The notes below the pieces were generated by a model. That model saw only the letters and a list, made by a program, of their open reading frames with translations, was not told the origin of the DNA and made no database searches. From Amoebidium appalachense (lineage: Eukaryota; Protista; Ichthyosporea): a stretch of DNA of 64,000 nucleotides. Positions 26,399-63,056 of this stretch are shown in pieces. Within the stretch, counting starts at the first letter, position 1. Each line of letters opens with the position of its first letter. Both the position numbers and the translations under genes were made by a program. The stretch spans positions 10,413,962 through 10,477,961 of the forward strand of contig CAVNZM010000007.1 in assembly GCA_963693365.1 (NCBI GenBank). The letters run 5' to 3'.

Positions 26399-27589
26399 GG
26401 GGTTGCATGTGTGTACGTGTGTGTGGGAGGGGTGGGGGGTGGGGAGGGGGATTATGTGCTGGTGTGGGGTAGGAAGGAGACTTGAGTCAGGGTTTGACAG
26501 GGGCTGTGTGTGTATGTGTGTGTGTTGGGGAAGGGGGGAAGGGAGATCTCTAGAGGGGGGGAGGGGGGCAGTGTAAGGATTAGATGACTTGAGACTGTTA
26601 CTGAAAATCAATGATGATTATACATATACAGGGTGATTCCTCCGCTTAATTCGGTTAGGCTCATAGAAAGGATCAGTACAGTTTGTAGCGTTTCGAGTGT
26701 GTGTGGCGGTGGTTGTGTGCGTGCGCATGTGTGATCGTTGAGATGTGGTTGGTCAGGTGCACCTGTGTGTGCGTGCGCATGCATGCATTCAGGCATGTTG
26801 ATGTACATTTGAGATCACCAGATGTGTGTGTGCATGTGTACTATATAAAGGTCATGGAAAACGAAAGAAGGGCAATGGGAGAATTGACATCGCAAACAGA
26901 GGAACCTGATGATTAATTGGCTGTGATGTAACACACATGATAGGGTGTGGTTAGCCTTGTACAGTGACTGAGGCTGGGACCTCGGTTGTAGTAAAACAGA
27001 TCCAAACAGTGCACAGTTGCTTGCTTTCTGTATTACCCATATGCATTGCACGTACATGCATACACACACACAAAGTTTTCACCATGAAACATGCCCACAC
27101 TACTGTTCATACAGACACACTTGCACACTGACACGCTAAGGTGCACGTCTACATCATTGAACACAAAACTGCACTTGCGCAAATGTCATGAGTATCTTGA
27201 TTGCATTTTCACGCCAATCTATTTACAAGGCACACGTCACACCACGGGGGGCCCAGCCTTCCCCTGTTCATAACACCCGCACCCCAACTCCACCCACGCC
27301 CAGACTGCATGCCCCCTATGGATCAAAATTATAAACACCATCCCCACCCTAACACTTACATATACACCCTAGTGCCTATACAAGTATGCCCCCCCTCCCC
27401 CCTCCCCCCCACCCCACCCCACCCTCCTCCTTCCCCCTTCCCTCTCGTTGCATACTCACACCCCTTACACCGTAGTGCCTACACAACACTGCACACCGTT
27501 TCCCTCCACAACACATCACATATACCCTGGTGCCTATACGATATGCACCCCCTGCACCCTCATGCCTATGCATTGCACATTAACCCAAT

Positions 27590-36319
<8,730 letters not shown>

Positions 36320-37162
36320 TTTTCTGTTGGGTTTTGGCGTGCAATTGCACCCTACGTTCTTGGTTTTCTGTTTTTCCTGTTTGCCCTGAACCTTCATGCA
36401 GTCATGTGATGTGACGGAATTGAAAGCGCGGGCCTGCCAAGCTGCAACGTCATCAGAAGAAAAAGCTATTTTTAAGGTAAAAAGAATATTAATAGCTCCT
36501 TTAATGACATGTGCTACTAAAAATAGGTTTGAAGACTTCAGGTGGTGAAAATTCAAATTCTAAATGCTACTTTTGGCTTATTTGCAATACATAAACTTTA
36601 AAAAATACTATTAAACGATCTACAGTTTAAATACTGTTTAAACTGATAGAAGTCTGGTAATAAAAAAACCGCATTCATTGCAATAAATTGATGAACCTTA
36701 GCTATTCCATTTGCATACCACGCATTCCTGCAACGTTGTTAATGTTGCGCCTTACAAAGACTGCAACGTCAAGAGAGAGCGCCAGTTTGGGGTTTTCCTC
36801 TAACTGGTTCTTTTCCCAAACTAGTTTTCATAGTTATCGAGCTTATGTTAGTTTGCCCTTACTTAGGTTTTCTCTCTTTTACCACATGAGCTTATATTGT
36901 CACTGTAAGGGCAGTTCTGTTACCTCAGGACTGTAAATAATCTGGGCAAAACTGCAGGCCGTGTCCGTACGTGAACCTATCTTTGAGCACAACCACTATG
37001 TGGCCCATACACAGCACACAGCCACACCACTCCGCCTAGTCTGCCCTAGAGGCCAATTTAGTCCCTTGTCCTTTAACTTCCCCCTTTTTCCTTACCCCTT
37101 GGTGTTGCATGAGAGCCTCGGGCGTGGGCGTTGCGCTGTACATCCTCCGCCTTGCCAACAAG
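36320..37162. promoter_or_regulatory. Probable bidirectional promoter region (GLRX3 / FLVCR)
   Basis: 843 bp between divergent starts, AT-rich core at ~36460-36700, CTGCAACGT at 36442, 36728 and 36761. Confidence 0.55.
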
Positions 37163-44222
<7,060 letters not shown>

Positions 44223-44808
44223 CGCTCCCTGCTTTTAGTTTTTTGAGTTCTTCGAAGCTTTCTTATTTTCTATCCTTTTGTTTGTTTGTTTGTTTGTTTG
44301 TTTTTTTGTTTTGTTATGTTATGTTTTGAAAGTTTGGTTTGGTTTGTTTTGTTTTCCCTTATGCCCCATTGACTGAAGGGGATGGCCACCGTGGGTAGGA
44401 CCGTGTCTCCTGACCGTGACAGTGTTATTTGTGTTGTTTTGTTTCGGTTTCTTTTTTTTGGAACCGTAGCTCTGGTAATCCATGTACGCAGACATTAGAG
44501 AGCCACAAGTCATAGCAAACTGCTTTCAACAGGCTTAAAAGTGTTCACCCCTTGGATATCCCCCCCCCCCCCCCCCCCCCCCCTCTCTCTGCGTCATTCG
44601 GCCCCCTCCACACAACACCCACGTTCAATTAGTTCCCACTTTTCCATGCTTTCTTAAAAATGTATATGTCTGAGTATGCCAGCTGATGCGTCATGTGTGT
44701 AAGGGGTTACGTTCAAGTATGTGTGCACTGATATGGTGATGCTGATTTGTGGCCTGGCAGAGCTTCAGGTGTTAAGTGTTGGTGTGTGTAGAGGGACAGA
44801 GAGAAGAG

Positions 44809-44844
<36 letters not shown>

Positions 44845-45308
44845 GGGGGGGGGGGATGGAGATTGTAATACATACGTGCGGCACGCACTACTAGGTGACA
44901 AGCAATCTGTGCTGAAATTTATATTCATATAAGTTAGTTGGCTCTAGTGCAAAGCACTCCAGCCCCCTGTACCGTTTATAACCGCCCATTAGCACAATGT
45001 ACGATACTACGCGGCTGACATCAGGGATAGCTAATAATGGCCCTGCAACACCAATAATAACCAAATAAAGAAGCACATGTACATGATGGCAAACACCACT
45101 ACACCCAGGTGTCAACCAAAACCCTGCCAAGCATGCTAGCCATTGAAAGTATAAATGTACACCAGCCCGGGAGTCCATCACAACCTACGGAGCTCGATCG
45201 AAATCTCTACTAGTAGGTGGACAACATGTGCATGCGGCAACAATGCAAGTAAAAATTACAACGGCCCAAGAACCACAACAGTGCAACCATCCCCTCTCCT
45301 CCGGGCCC

Positions 45309-45348
<40 letters not shown>

Positions 45349-45986
45349 CGCCCCCCACCCCTTCCCGGGCACACACACGCACCACCACCACCACCACACT
45401 AAACCGTGCATACATCATCATGCTTGGCTACATAGATGTATCCGCAGTGCAAGAAGTGTGTGCATCAACGTCGAAGTGTTCTTTGCTGAGGGATATGGCT
45501 CATCTGGATGATACTGTTGCAGTATCTGTGGCATGTGCACACGGTGCATCTGGGTCTTTTTATTGCCTCTTTATGCGACTTCATATGCTTAGACAAACAG
45601 CTTTTCTGAAGGCAGCTTACATGTCTATACTTGACCAATTAACTGAGCAGAAGCGATTGTGCAGTTTCGCAAAAATCATAACGTACACATGCATATCACT
45701 TCGGCCAACAGTCAGTTAGAAACACTATCGTCAATTAGTCTTCATGAGCATCTCTGCTCCTTGTGTTAGTAGACTAGGAACAAAACAAAGTTACATCACT
45801 CTTACAACGAGTAGGTTAGGCGAGGAGCAAAATACAAACACGGCATTCACTCCAATAATTCTAGTTGTTGTGAGACCAAAGCGACCTCTTACCACAGCCT
45901 TCGATTTCGCACACATGTGCACTAAAATCCTGTGTTGCTTTCCTAAATAGGCAGGTGTTGCACCAAATAAGACAACAATGACCAAA

Positions 45987-53351
<7,365 letters not shown>

Positions 53352-53997
53352 GTTGCAGATAGGAAACGAAGAAAAAACTGGCGCGGAAGCAACGAGAGCT
53401 TCATATTATCTGCCCCTGTTGACGACATAAGGCGTACATGCCGCGTACATTCCTGTAAACAATGCGCTATCGACAAGAACCACTACATGATAAATAACAA
53501 ATAGGATGCTTGAAAATACAAATATATGAATGTGGTTGGTCGACATTTAGGCCAATAAGAATACAGGATCGCTGATGATTATGATTGGTTACTAAATTTC
53601 GGTTAGACCAGGGCAAGCGTTCTGGTTGGTTTCAGCTGGTCACGAGGCACTGGTTTGAGCAGCCTGAGCTGAGCCGGATGAAGCGATAGATGATATACAA
53701 ATAGCCCGTTACTGCACGGTCATTAGAGCCTGAAGGTATAACGTATATACTGATAATTTTCATTTGGTTTGAGATCACGTACGGACATCTGGAGGTGGGA
53801 GCGGATTTGAGAGCGTTGCGCCCTTGCATGGTTCGAATGCATTCGGGCTGTGCACATGTCCAATGGTGCAATGTGTGTGTGGGCACATGTGTGTGTGTGT
53901 GTGTGCGTGTGTTTGTGTGTTTACATGTGCGTGTGTTTGTGTGTGTGTGTGTGTGTTTGTTTGTGTGTGTGCGTGTGTGTGCGTGTGTGTGTGTGTA

Positions 53998-54029
<32 letters not shown>

Positions 54030-54192
54030 TGTGCGTGCTTGTGTTTGTGTGTGTGTGTGTGTGGTGTGTGAGTTTGTGGGTGGTTGGGTGTAAGTGCGTG
54101 TGCACGAGCGCGTGCACTTGTGAGCATGTGTGTGGGCGCATGTGCACGTGTGTGTGTTTGTGTCGTGTGTGTGGATCCGGAAGATGGGGGGT

Positions 54193-54229
<37 letters not shown>

Positions 54230-54466
54230 GGCCGGGGGCCAGGGGGGCTTGTCCATGGTTGAGTGAGTGTGTGTGTGTGTGAGTCGGTGTGTGTGCGTGC
54301 GTACGTGCGTGTGTGCGTGTGTGCGTGTGTGCGTGTGTGTGCGTGTGTGTGTGTGTGTGTGTGAGCGTGCGTGCGTGCGTACGTGTATATTTGTGTGTTT
54401 GTTTGTGCGTGTGTGCGCGTACGTGTGTGTGCGTGCGTGCGTGCGTGCGTGCGTGCGTGTGTGTGC

Positions 54467-54535
<69 letters not shown>

Positions 54536-54659
54536 GTTAAAGCCGTAAATGTGAACTCTTCAATAGAACAGGTAAAGCAAATCAGGACTCCAATTACGGG
54601 CTAGGAATTATTATTATGCTGCTTGTATGGCTGGGTGAGGGGGTGGGTGTGGGTGGGGG

Positions 54660-54698
<39 letters not shown>

Positions 54699-55598
54699 CA
54701 CGGAAAATATTTGTGCAGGGCAAATTCTTGTTTTGGAAGTTTGGAAGAACTCCATATATAATACATTAAAAAGCAATCGTATTTTGTGGGTTTCATTCGG
54801 TTTTTTACCATTTTGTTTTTACCGTGTTTTGCACAGTCTACGAAAGCCGAATGGCAGCTTCCCTAACTGTCAACCCCTGTTGAGGAAATGGGGAGCGGGG
54901 GGGGGGGGGGGGGGGGGGGGGGGGGATTTAGGCTAATTCGGGCTCGGTGATGATGGAGAGATTTCTTGTAAATATGAGGTCGTTTTGTCTTAGTGCAAAA
55001 GTATTCATAAACCTGATCCCACAACAGACTTTCGGGTGGAACACGAAGAGGGGAGTTGGGGGGGAAGGGGGGGGGGGGGGGGGGGGGAGGGGAGGAGGGG
55101 AGGAGCCTGGTGGGGGGGATTCCGTAATAAGCCACTGAGGGATGGCACAACGTGGGCCCATGCACGGGCAGTAGTATGCGATATCACGATTGAGTACCCC
55201 AGATAGAATGGGTTGGTAGGATCAGGTGAAAGAACTTGGGGGCACATCATCGGGAAATTTGATGAGGCACAGCTGGTATAATGACAACGGGGGAGTGGGG
55301 TGGGTGTGGGAGGGGGGGGGGGGTGGGGGGGGGGGGGATTTTAACCATGCCAAATGCGGGGAAAAGGAAAGCAGAACCAATTGTCATGATGAGTTTATGC
55401 CGTAGCGCACGTGTGGGTATGTGTGTGTGTAGGTGGGTACTTTTAAATTCGGAGTGTGCGCGTGCGTGGGGGAGGTAAGGGAGAAGGGGGGGGGGGGGGG
55501 GGGTTGAAGGGGGGAGGGGGGGAGGGGGGGGGGAGGAAGAAGCTGAGTTTACCATGCCTTTCCTGCTGACCTTAGCCATGGGTATTTACGATTGGATG

Positions 55599-55688
<90 letters not shown>

Positions 55689-56718
55689 GTGTGCGTGTGT
55701 GTGCGTGTGTGTGGTTGGGGGGGAAAGAGGGGGTGAGGGAGGAAAGGGGGGGGGGGAGTGTGTCGGATTGGGTAGGAAGGCGGGGCTGTGGGAACATCTT
55801 CATTGGTGGTGGTCCAGGGCAGAAGGGGAATACTGGCTGGTGCCTGGTGGGGAGAGAGGGGGGGGGGGGGGAGGGGGGGGGAGAGGATGCGCTAATGGTT
55901 GGGGGGGGGGGGGAGGGGGGGGAGGGGGGAGGTGGTATGAAGAGAAGGGCGCCAACAATATGGCACAGATATGCACTTACGCTATGTCTCAACAGAATAT
56001 ATCTCAACGGAAAACTACAAACCCACGTTCTTTGTTGGATATTTATTATCTAATCAGGCTATCCCGTCTCACCCCACCGAGGCTACCGTCTTCCAATTGG
56101 CTAGCTGTTCCTATACCCCCATGCAGAATTGTACAACAACATCAAAATAATATTGCTACCATTCACACTTCTACCTGAAAGTATAGGCCATCTAGGCCAT
56201 GCTAATGTTGATGGATACTTTGGTGTACTGAGCTTTGGGCTGTTATGTTTGGCAACGCCGGTACATATACACCATCATGTAGGGAATGGCAAATTGGTCG
56301 CTTAAATAGGGGACATGGGTCGACCCATTGTGTTTGTATATCCTGAAGATAGAATAATCGATCTGCATGTCTGAGATATCAGGTCATTTATCGGTGAAAC
56401 AAGAAACGTAAATCTTTCAGAATAACTAGCTTTTTTTTTTTTTTTTTTTTTTTCAGGGGCGTCTGGGGCAGGGGAGGGGGGGTGGGGGGGGAGGGGGGGA
56501 GGGGGGAGCGGGATGTACGATATTAACCACAGGCTCTATGCCAAATAACCTAGGATCTATCAGTGGCCGTCATCTACCTCCCATGCCTATGCACAGACTG
56601 AGAGGCACAGAGAGAGGGCAGCAGAAAGAAAAGGCAAGCAGCTAGAAGCATGTGCTAGCACTGGGACATGGAGGCCGGGGGGGTGTGAGAAGAAAACGGG
56701 GGGTTTTTTTTTTTTTTT

Positions 56719-56749
<31 letters not shown>

Positions 56750-57003
56750 TTTCAAACGGGACGTGGTGCTCGATTACGACCAGTTGGGTCCAACTGTCAA
56801 GATTAAGAGCAAAGGTGTGTGTGTGTGTGTGCGTGTGTGTGTGTGTGTGTGTGTGCATGTTCGTGCGGGCGTGTGTGTCTGTGTGTGTGCGTGTGTATGC
56901 CTGTGTGCGTGCGTGTGTTCGTGTATGTGCGTGCATGCGGTGCATGCTTGTGTGTCGTGTGTGTGCGCAGGTGTGTGTTTATTTGTTTGTATGGCCGCGG
57001 GGG

Positions 57004-57037
<34 letters not shown>

Positions 57038-57739
57038 GCAGATGTGTGCAAGTGTTTAGGGGGTTTGGGGTTTGGGGGGAGGGCGGGGGGGGGAGGGATA
57101 TATATGGAGTCGATATGAAAAGATTCACAATGTGCAACAGGAATAGCAAAGGTACCTGTTCAAACTTTACCCACAACATGTTGCCCTTAAGTCATACTAG
57201 ATAACCTCAAAATTCATCTGTATATCCAGCAGAGCCTGTTCATCTGAAACACTGGTTATATGAATGTGTTTCTTTGTTGCGCCATCATGCCCAATATTTT
57301 GTGTAATATCTTGTTGCTTTAAGGCCTAAGCCGGAATTTCACGGTGTGACGTCATATTGACATCACACATTATTATGATGTCGGTATGGGCGCCTTTGGT
57401 TACGTTACATGTCATGCCCAGCAGCCTCTGGTGTAACCGAGCACAATGATTGATTTATTCCATGTATGGGGCTGCCTCTTTTTAGGCATCGCCATACAGT
57501 TTGTGGCACCGAGAGATGCCAGCTTAGTCGTTAAAAATAATCAAAAAGAGTCATTGGTCCACCTCACAGCCTTGAACCATTCACCTCTCTGGAAGACATT
57601 TGAGATTGGATGGTGCCGGCTGTGTACGCGATCCTGCGTGAACATTCTTTGTTTTTCTAGTGTGTGTGTGCGTGCGTGCGTGTGTTCGTGTGTATGTGCA
57701 TGTGTGCGTGTGTGTCTGTGTGTGTGTGCTCGTGTGTAT

Positions 57740-57787
<48 letters not shown>

Positions 57788-57839
57788 TGGGTGTATGGGT
57801 GTGTGTGTGTGTGTATGTATGTGTGTGTGTGTGTATGTA

Positions 57840-57872
<33 letters not shown>

Positions 57873-57882
57873 TGTGGGTGTA

Positions 57883-57913
<31 letters not shown>

Positions 57914-58711
57914 ACCAGTGTGAGTGTGTCCGTGTCTGTGTGGGTGTATGGGCGTGTGAATGTGCATCTGTACAGCTTCTGCCTGTGTGTTCGTGTGCCT
58001 TTGTGTGCACATGTGCGTGCTGGCAGGCGGGCGGGCGGACGCGGGGGGGGGGGGAAAGGCGGGGCGGGGGGTGGGGGGAGGGGGGGAGGGGGGGGGGGGA
58101 GAGTTCCTCGCATGTGGTGTGTGTGTGCTGGGTTAGTCTGATTAAGCCCCGTCATTGGGGAAAGGGAAAGACTACGAGGAAGAACGGTGGGGAAAGGCCC
58201 CCGAGGGGGGGGAGGGGGGGAGGGGGGGGGGAAGGGGGGGGAGAGGGGAGGGGTGAAGGGAGGAGGGGTACTAAATGATGGGGTGGGGAGGAGAGGGAAG
58301 GTTTGGTGCCGGGGACTGTGTGGTAGGGACAAGAGGCGGGGAAGTGTTTCAACGGCAGGGCCCGTAGAGGGGGGAAAGGGGGGGAGGGGGGGGGGGGGGG
58401 GAGAGGTCGAGCGAGTTTGAAGGGAAGGAGGGGCGAGGGGAAGGGTGTGAGGGTGGTGGCGGGTGGGTGGGAGGAGGGGTTCGGGGGCGGAAGGGGGGCG
58501 GGGGAGAGGGGAGATGGGGGGTGGGGGGGTGGGGGGGGGGGGGGGGGGTGGAGGAGGGGGCAAGATACCGGGGCCCACAACAAGATATGAATCCAAATAG
58601 GAAGAGCACGTCGTTCGTAATACAACAGTGACCACAGAAATCTAGCATATACCAAGAGGAAAAGGGAGAAGGGAGGGGGAGCGGGGGAGCGGGGAGGGGG
58701 AGGGGGGGGGA

Positions 58712-58745
<34 letters not shown>

Positions 58746-59012
58746 GGACGGGGTAGATTTTTCCAAAGTCCTAGGGAATTGGGTCAGTAGGCACCGATAG
58801 GGAACGAGGAGAGATTTGGGAAGGGTGAAGGGATAGGAGGCAGGTGGGTGTTGTGGTAGCACAAGAACAACAGGTGATTGATTGAACAAACGAATGCTGA
58901 AATTGTTGGTGTGTCTGGTGATGGTTGGCTCGTGCTGAGGAGGTAAACACATGGGGAAATTAAGGGAATAAGGGCCATGTTTGTGCGAAGAGATGGTCGG
59001 GGGAGGATGTGC

Positions 59013-59051
<39 letters not shown>

Positions 59052-59271
59052 CGTGGAAAGTGCGGGGAAGGGGGGGGCTGGGGGAAGGTGAGGGGCGGGT
59101 GGGTGGGACGGTGGGAAGGTTGTTGTTGGGGGGGGGGGGGGGGGGGGGGGGGAGGGGCAGTGGCATGGAATCAGTGAGCGAAGACTGCCAGGATTGCAAT
59201 TGGGTGGCACAGCAAGCAAGGGGGGAGGGGGGGGGGGGGGGGGGAGCGGGAGACAGAAGGAGGGAGGGAGG

Positions 59272-59367
59272 TTATACCGACGTATGTGCATGCCGGAGGT
59301 GGCTTATCAAGATATACACAAAAGGAGAGTGAGGATCTAGGTATGAGGGGAATACGGGGAGATTGGG

Positions 59368-59462
<95 letters not shown>

Positions 59463-59470
59463 TGGGGCGG

Positions 59471-59508
<38 letters not shown>

Positions 59509-59754
59509 AGGGGGGGATGGGGAGGAGGACAGGATTTCAGCAATGGTCGATCAAGCATGCCTGTCACGTGACCCACCAGCCCCACTGATCGTGGGCCTTA
59601 ACTGTTGGAATACGTCACTACGTAGGACAGCAAGAGTCTTGAAGTATGTATGTGTCTTAGCTTTGTTTGTATTCGTGTCTGCTCTCCTTCTTTGTGCTCT
59701 CCCCCCTCTCTCCCTTTTTCTCTTTTCTTTCTCTCTCTCTCTCTCTCTCTCTCT

Positions 59755-59786
<32 letters not shown>

Positions 59787-60834
59787 CTCTCTCTCTCTCT
59801 CCCTTGCTTCTGTGTGCACAGATATCTGTAGATCTGTGCACACCTGGTTCCTTTTGCCTGATAGAACTTATTGTATTTTATCTGTGTTTGCTCTCCTCTG
59901 TTTATCTGAGAGGTAGCGTGATTGGCTAGCTACATTCGTTGTCTTTGTTTTATTTCAAAGAGGTTTAGTTTTAGTTCACAATAAGATGACTCGCCAATAG
60001 TCGCGAGTGAGTACATCTATAGATCGTGTTGTGCATTCCTGTCTATTAATATACGTGTTATGATTGGACACAATAGATATATATGGAATTCGTATATCGT
60101 AATGTGTCTTCACTTTGAGAGTGTCGACTATTAGGATATATATGTATGTAGTTAAATGAGTTTCTTTGTAGAGACGAGTATAAATATATATGTGTATAAA
60201 TAGTGACAAGATGTATAATTACTTAAGTTATTTAAGTAAGAGTTTCTAAGCTTCAGTTATGTCGGAAGTTGGAATGCGTATGCTCTGTCGGAATGTGTTT
60301 TTCTATCATCTGATAGAAAAGATTGGTTCTCCCGTTTTAGTTGAGATAAGATGATAAGTTGCAAGTACAAAAAGACACGAGAGCGCAATAAAAGGTCAGT
60401 TGTTGTTTGAAATCTTTCATGTGTCGCGAACAACTCCGATTGCCCTCTCTTTATTGTGTTGGTCGTGTTTTACATGACACCTCTGTGCACCCTGCTCCCT
60501 TAGACCCGTACAAAACAACATTAACAGCCCCTAGCCCTTAGGCCTTAACCCCTTAACCAGTCCATGCATCTGCACCTCCATAAGACCTATTGATGCACAA
60601 TGTGGCAGTCTAACCTTTCAGGTCCCTTCCCCCCACCCATCCCCCTCCGCACACACACAGATACACATTGCTGTGTGTGTGGGCGGGGGAGGGGAGAGGG
60701 GGGCGGGGGGAGGGGAAGAGGAAGGGGGGGGGGGGGGGGGATGGGGGTGCGCATGCATGTGGCTTTGCAAGTGTAGTTATAGGCATGGATATGGTGGGGT
60801 GCACAAAGCACTCCATGCTGTGTGTGTTAACCTT

Positions 60835-60923
<89 letters not shown>

Positions 60924-61910
60924 ATACGTTCGTGGGGTCGGGCGGGGGGCGGCGGGGGGGGGGGGGGGGGGGGGGGCAGGCTTTTTTTTGGGAGGGGGGG
61001 AGAGCTTCATGGTTCCACCTGGTTTGCTCTTTATGGTGGTTTATTGCATGCGGTGGGTGTGTGCGGTGTTAGTCCAGTAGGCCCCGAGATTGGAGAGATT
61101 GAAAGTTTAGGGGGAAGAAGGGTGGGTGGGTGGTGGGCGGGTGGGGGGAGGGGGAAGGTACTCAATAATTATATTGGGGTAGGGAAGAGAGTGAAGGGTA
61201 GATGCAGTCTGATGCAGCAGGCCGTATAGCAGGAAAGAGAGTTGGGGATGGGTTTCAAGAAGGGGGTGTGGGAGGGAGCGGGGAGGAGAGGGAGCGGGAG
61301 GGGAGGGGGGGTGAAGGGGGGGTCTTGCGGGGGGAGGGAGGGGCGGGTGGGGGAAGGGGAGGGGGGGTGGATGGATTTGGGGAGGGGCGGGGGGGGGGGG
61401 GGGGAGGGGGTAGAGTTGGGGTGCTAGGGTTAGGGCGGGGTGGGGTGGGGGGGGGGACGGGGGGCGGGGGGAAAGGAGGTGCAGGGGGAGGAGAGTGGTA
61501 TACCGATGTATGTGCATGCAAAAGGTGGCTGATCAAGATATACACAAAAGAAGTGTGAGGGCCTAGGTGTGAGGAGATTATGGGGAGATTGGGGGGGGAG
61601 GGGGGGGGGGGGGGGGAGGAGAACGGGGGAGGTGGGAGAGGAGGAAGGGGGGGGCACGGGGGTTGGGGAGGAGGGCAGAAGGAAGGGGGGTGGGGTTGAT
61701 ATGTGCATGTGTGTATGTATGGGAAGCGGGCGGGGAAGACCTTTAAAAAGCTTAATCTGCTACATTGTGCGTCAATAGACTTATGGAGGTGCAGAAGAAG
61801 GTTAAGGGGTTAAGGCCTAACGGCTAGGGGCTGTTAAGGCCTACTATCAGTGGGGCTGGTGGGTCACGTGACAGGCAAGCTTGATCGACCATTGCTGAAG
61901 ACACTGGTGT

Positions 61911-61959
<49 letters not shown>

Positions 61960-62060
61960 GCATGTGTGTGTGTGCATATGCATGCACATGTGCCTGTGCA
62001 CGTGTACTTGTGGGTATGGGTGTGATGGTGTGCACCCAGCACTTCATGCTGTGTGCATTG
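59272..62060. repeat. Diverged duplicated block (W-X-Z-V), middle X-Z segment inverted in the second copy
   Basis: W 59272-59368 ~ 61498-61594 (direct); V 60748-60825 ~ 61978-62055 (direct); X 59536-59602 plus Z 60521-60660 ~ reverse complement of ~61700-61899. Confidence 0.75.
59603..60520 (+). mobile_element. Solo LTR (918 bp) of an LTR retrotransposon
   Basis: Termini TGTTG..CAACA (5-bp inverted repeat, TG..CA). 5-bp target duplication TTAAC at 59598-59602 and 60521-60525. AT-rich body with TATAAA (~60179) and AATAAA (~60387). An uninterrupted site is present in reverse at ~61800-61860. Confidence 0.88.
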
Positions 62061-62501
62061 GCTGATATTTCACAGATACCGGCCGAAGATGTGGTAGAAA
62101 ACGAAGGGAAGGAAAGTCCCGGCAGGAGGGAAGAGGCAAATGGAGGCCAAGGGAGGGACCGAGGTAGAAGGAGAGGGGGGTGGGGGGGTGGGTGGGGGGG
62201 GGAGGGGGGGGGGGCAAAGAGGTGTATGTGTGTGTGTGTGTGTGTGTGTATGGGGGGGGGGGGAGGGCTAGGGGGGGGGGGCACAGATTTATTGTTTGGC
62301 GGGTAACAACCGTGTGGGTGGGTGGTGGTGGTGGTGGTGTTGGTTGGGGGGGGGGGGGGGGGGGGGGGGGAGGGGGGGGGAGGGGTTAGACAGAGAGAAA
62401 GCGGGAGAGACCGAGGGAGGGAGGAGGGGAAGGAGGGGGAGAGCAAGAGAGTTTTTGCTCTCGGAAACACGGGAAGAGAGGTGTGGGTTCCGATCGGGAT
62501 G

Positions 62502-62538
<37 letters not shown>

Positions 62539-62586
62539 TAAGGGGGTTAGACAGAGCGAAAGAGTGAGAGAAAGGGAGGGGGGGAT

Positions 62587-62622
<36 letters not shown>

Positions 62623-62708
62623 GGGAGGGAGAGAGAGAGTGATCTTTGATTTGCCCTCGGAAACACGGGGGAAGAGGTGGGTTCCGAGGGGGGCACGGGC
62701 AGGGGCTG

Positions 62709-62823
62709 AAATACAATAAGTTCTATCAGGCAAGAGAGCCAGGTGTGCACAGATCTACAGATATCTGTGCACACAGAAACAAGGGAGAGAGAGAGAGATA
62801 CGGGGGGGGGGGGGGGGGGGGGG

Positions 62824-62867
<44 letters not shown>

Positions 62868-63056
62868 AAAAGAGAAAAGGGAGGGAGGGGGGAGAGCACA
62901 AAGAAGGAGAGCAGACACGAATACAAACAAAGCTAAGACACATACATACTTCAAGACTCTTGCTGTCCTACGTAGTGACGTATTCCAACACGAATACAAG
63001 CAAAGCTAAGACACATACATACTTCAAGACTCTTGCTGTCCTACGTAGTGACGTAT
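62709..63056 (-). mobile_element. Partial inverted copy of the same LTR (5' ~280 bp) plus tandem duplication of ~66 bp
   Basis: 62709-62990 is the reverse complement of ~59603-59878, ending at the TGTTGG terminus; 62990-63056 repeats ~62917-62983. Confidence 0.85.

Noticed and set aside
56342-56408. CTGAAGA..GAAAC resembling a canonical hammerhead
   Set aside because: No stem II directly after the core and no convincing stems I or III. CTGATGA at ~2526, ~17520 and ~53572 likewise lack partners.
59536-63056. DIRS-like element suggested by split inverted repeats
   Set aside because: Better explained by a solo LTR with a TSD inserted into a duplicated block; no RT or tyrosine recombinase ORF.
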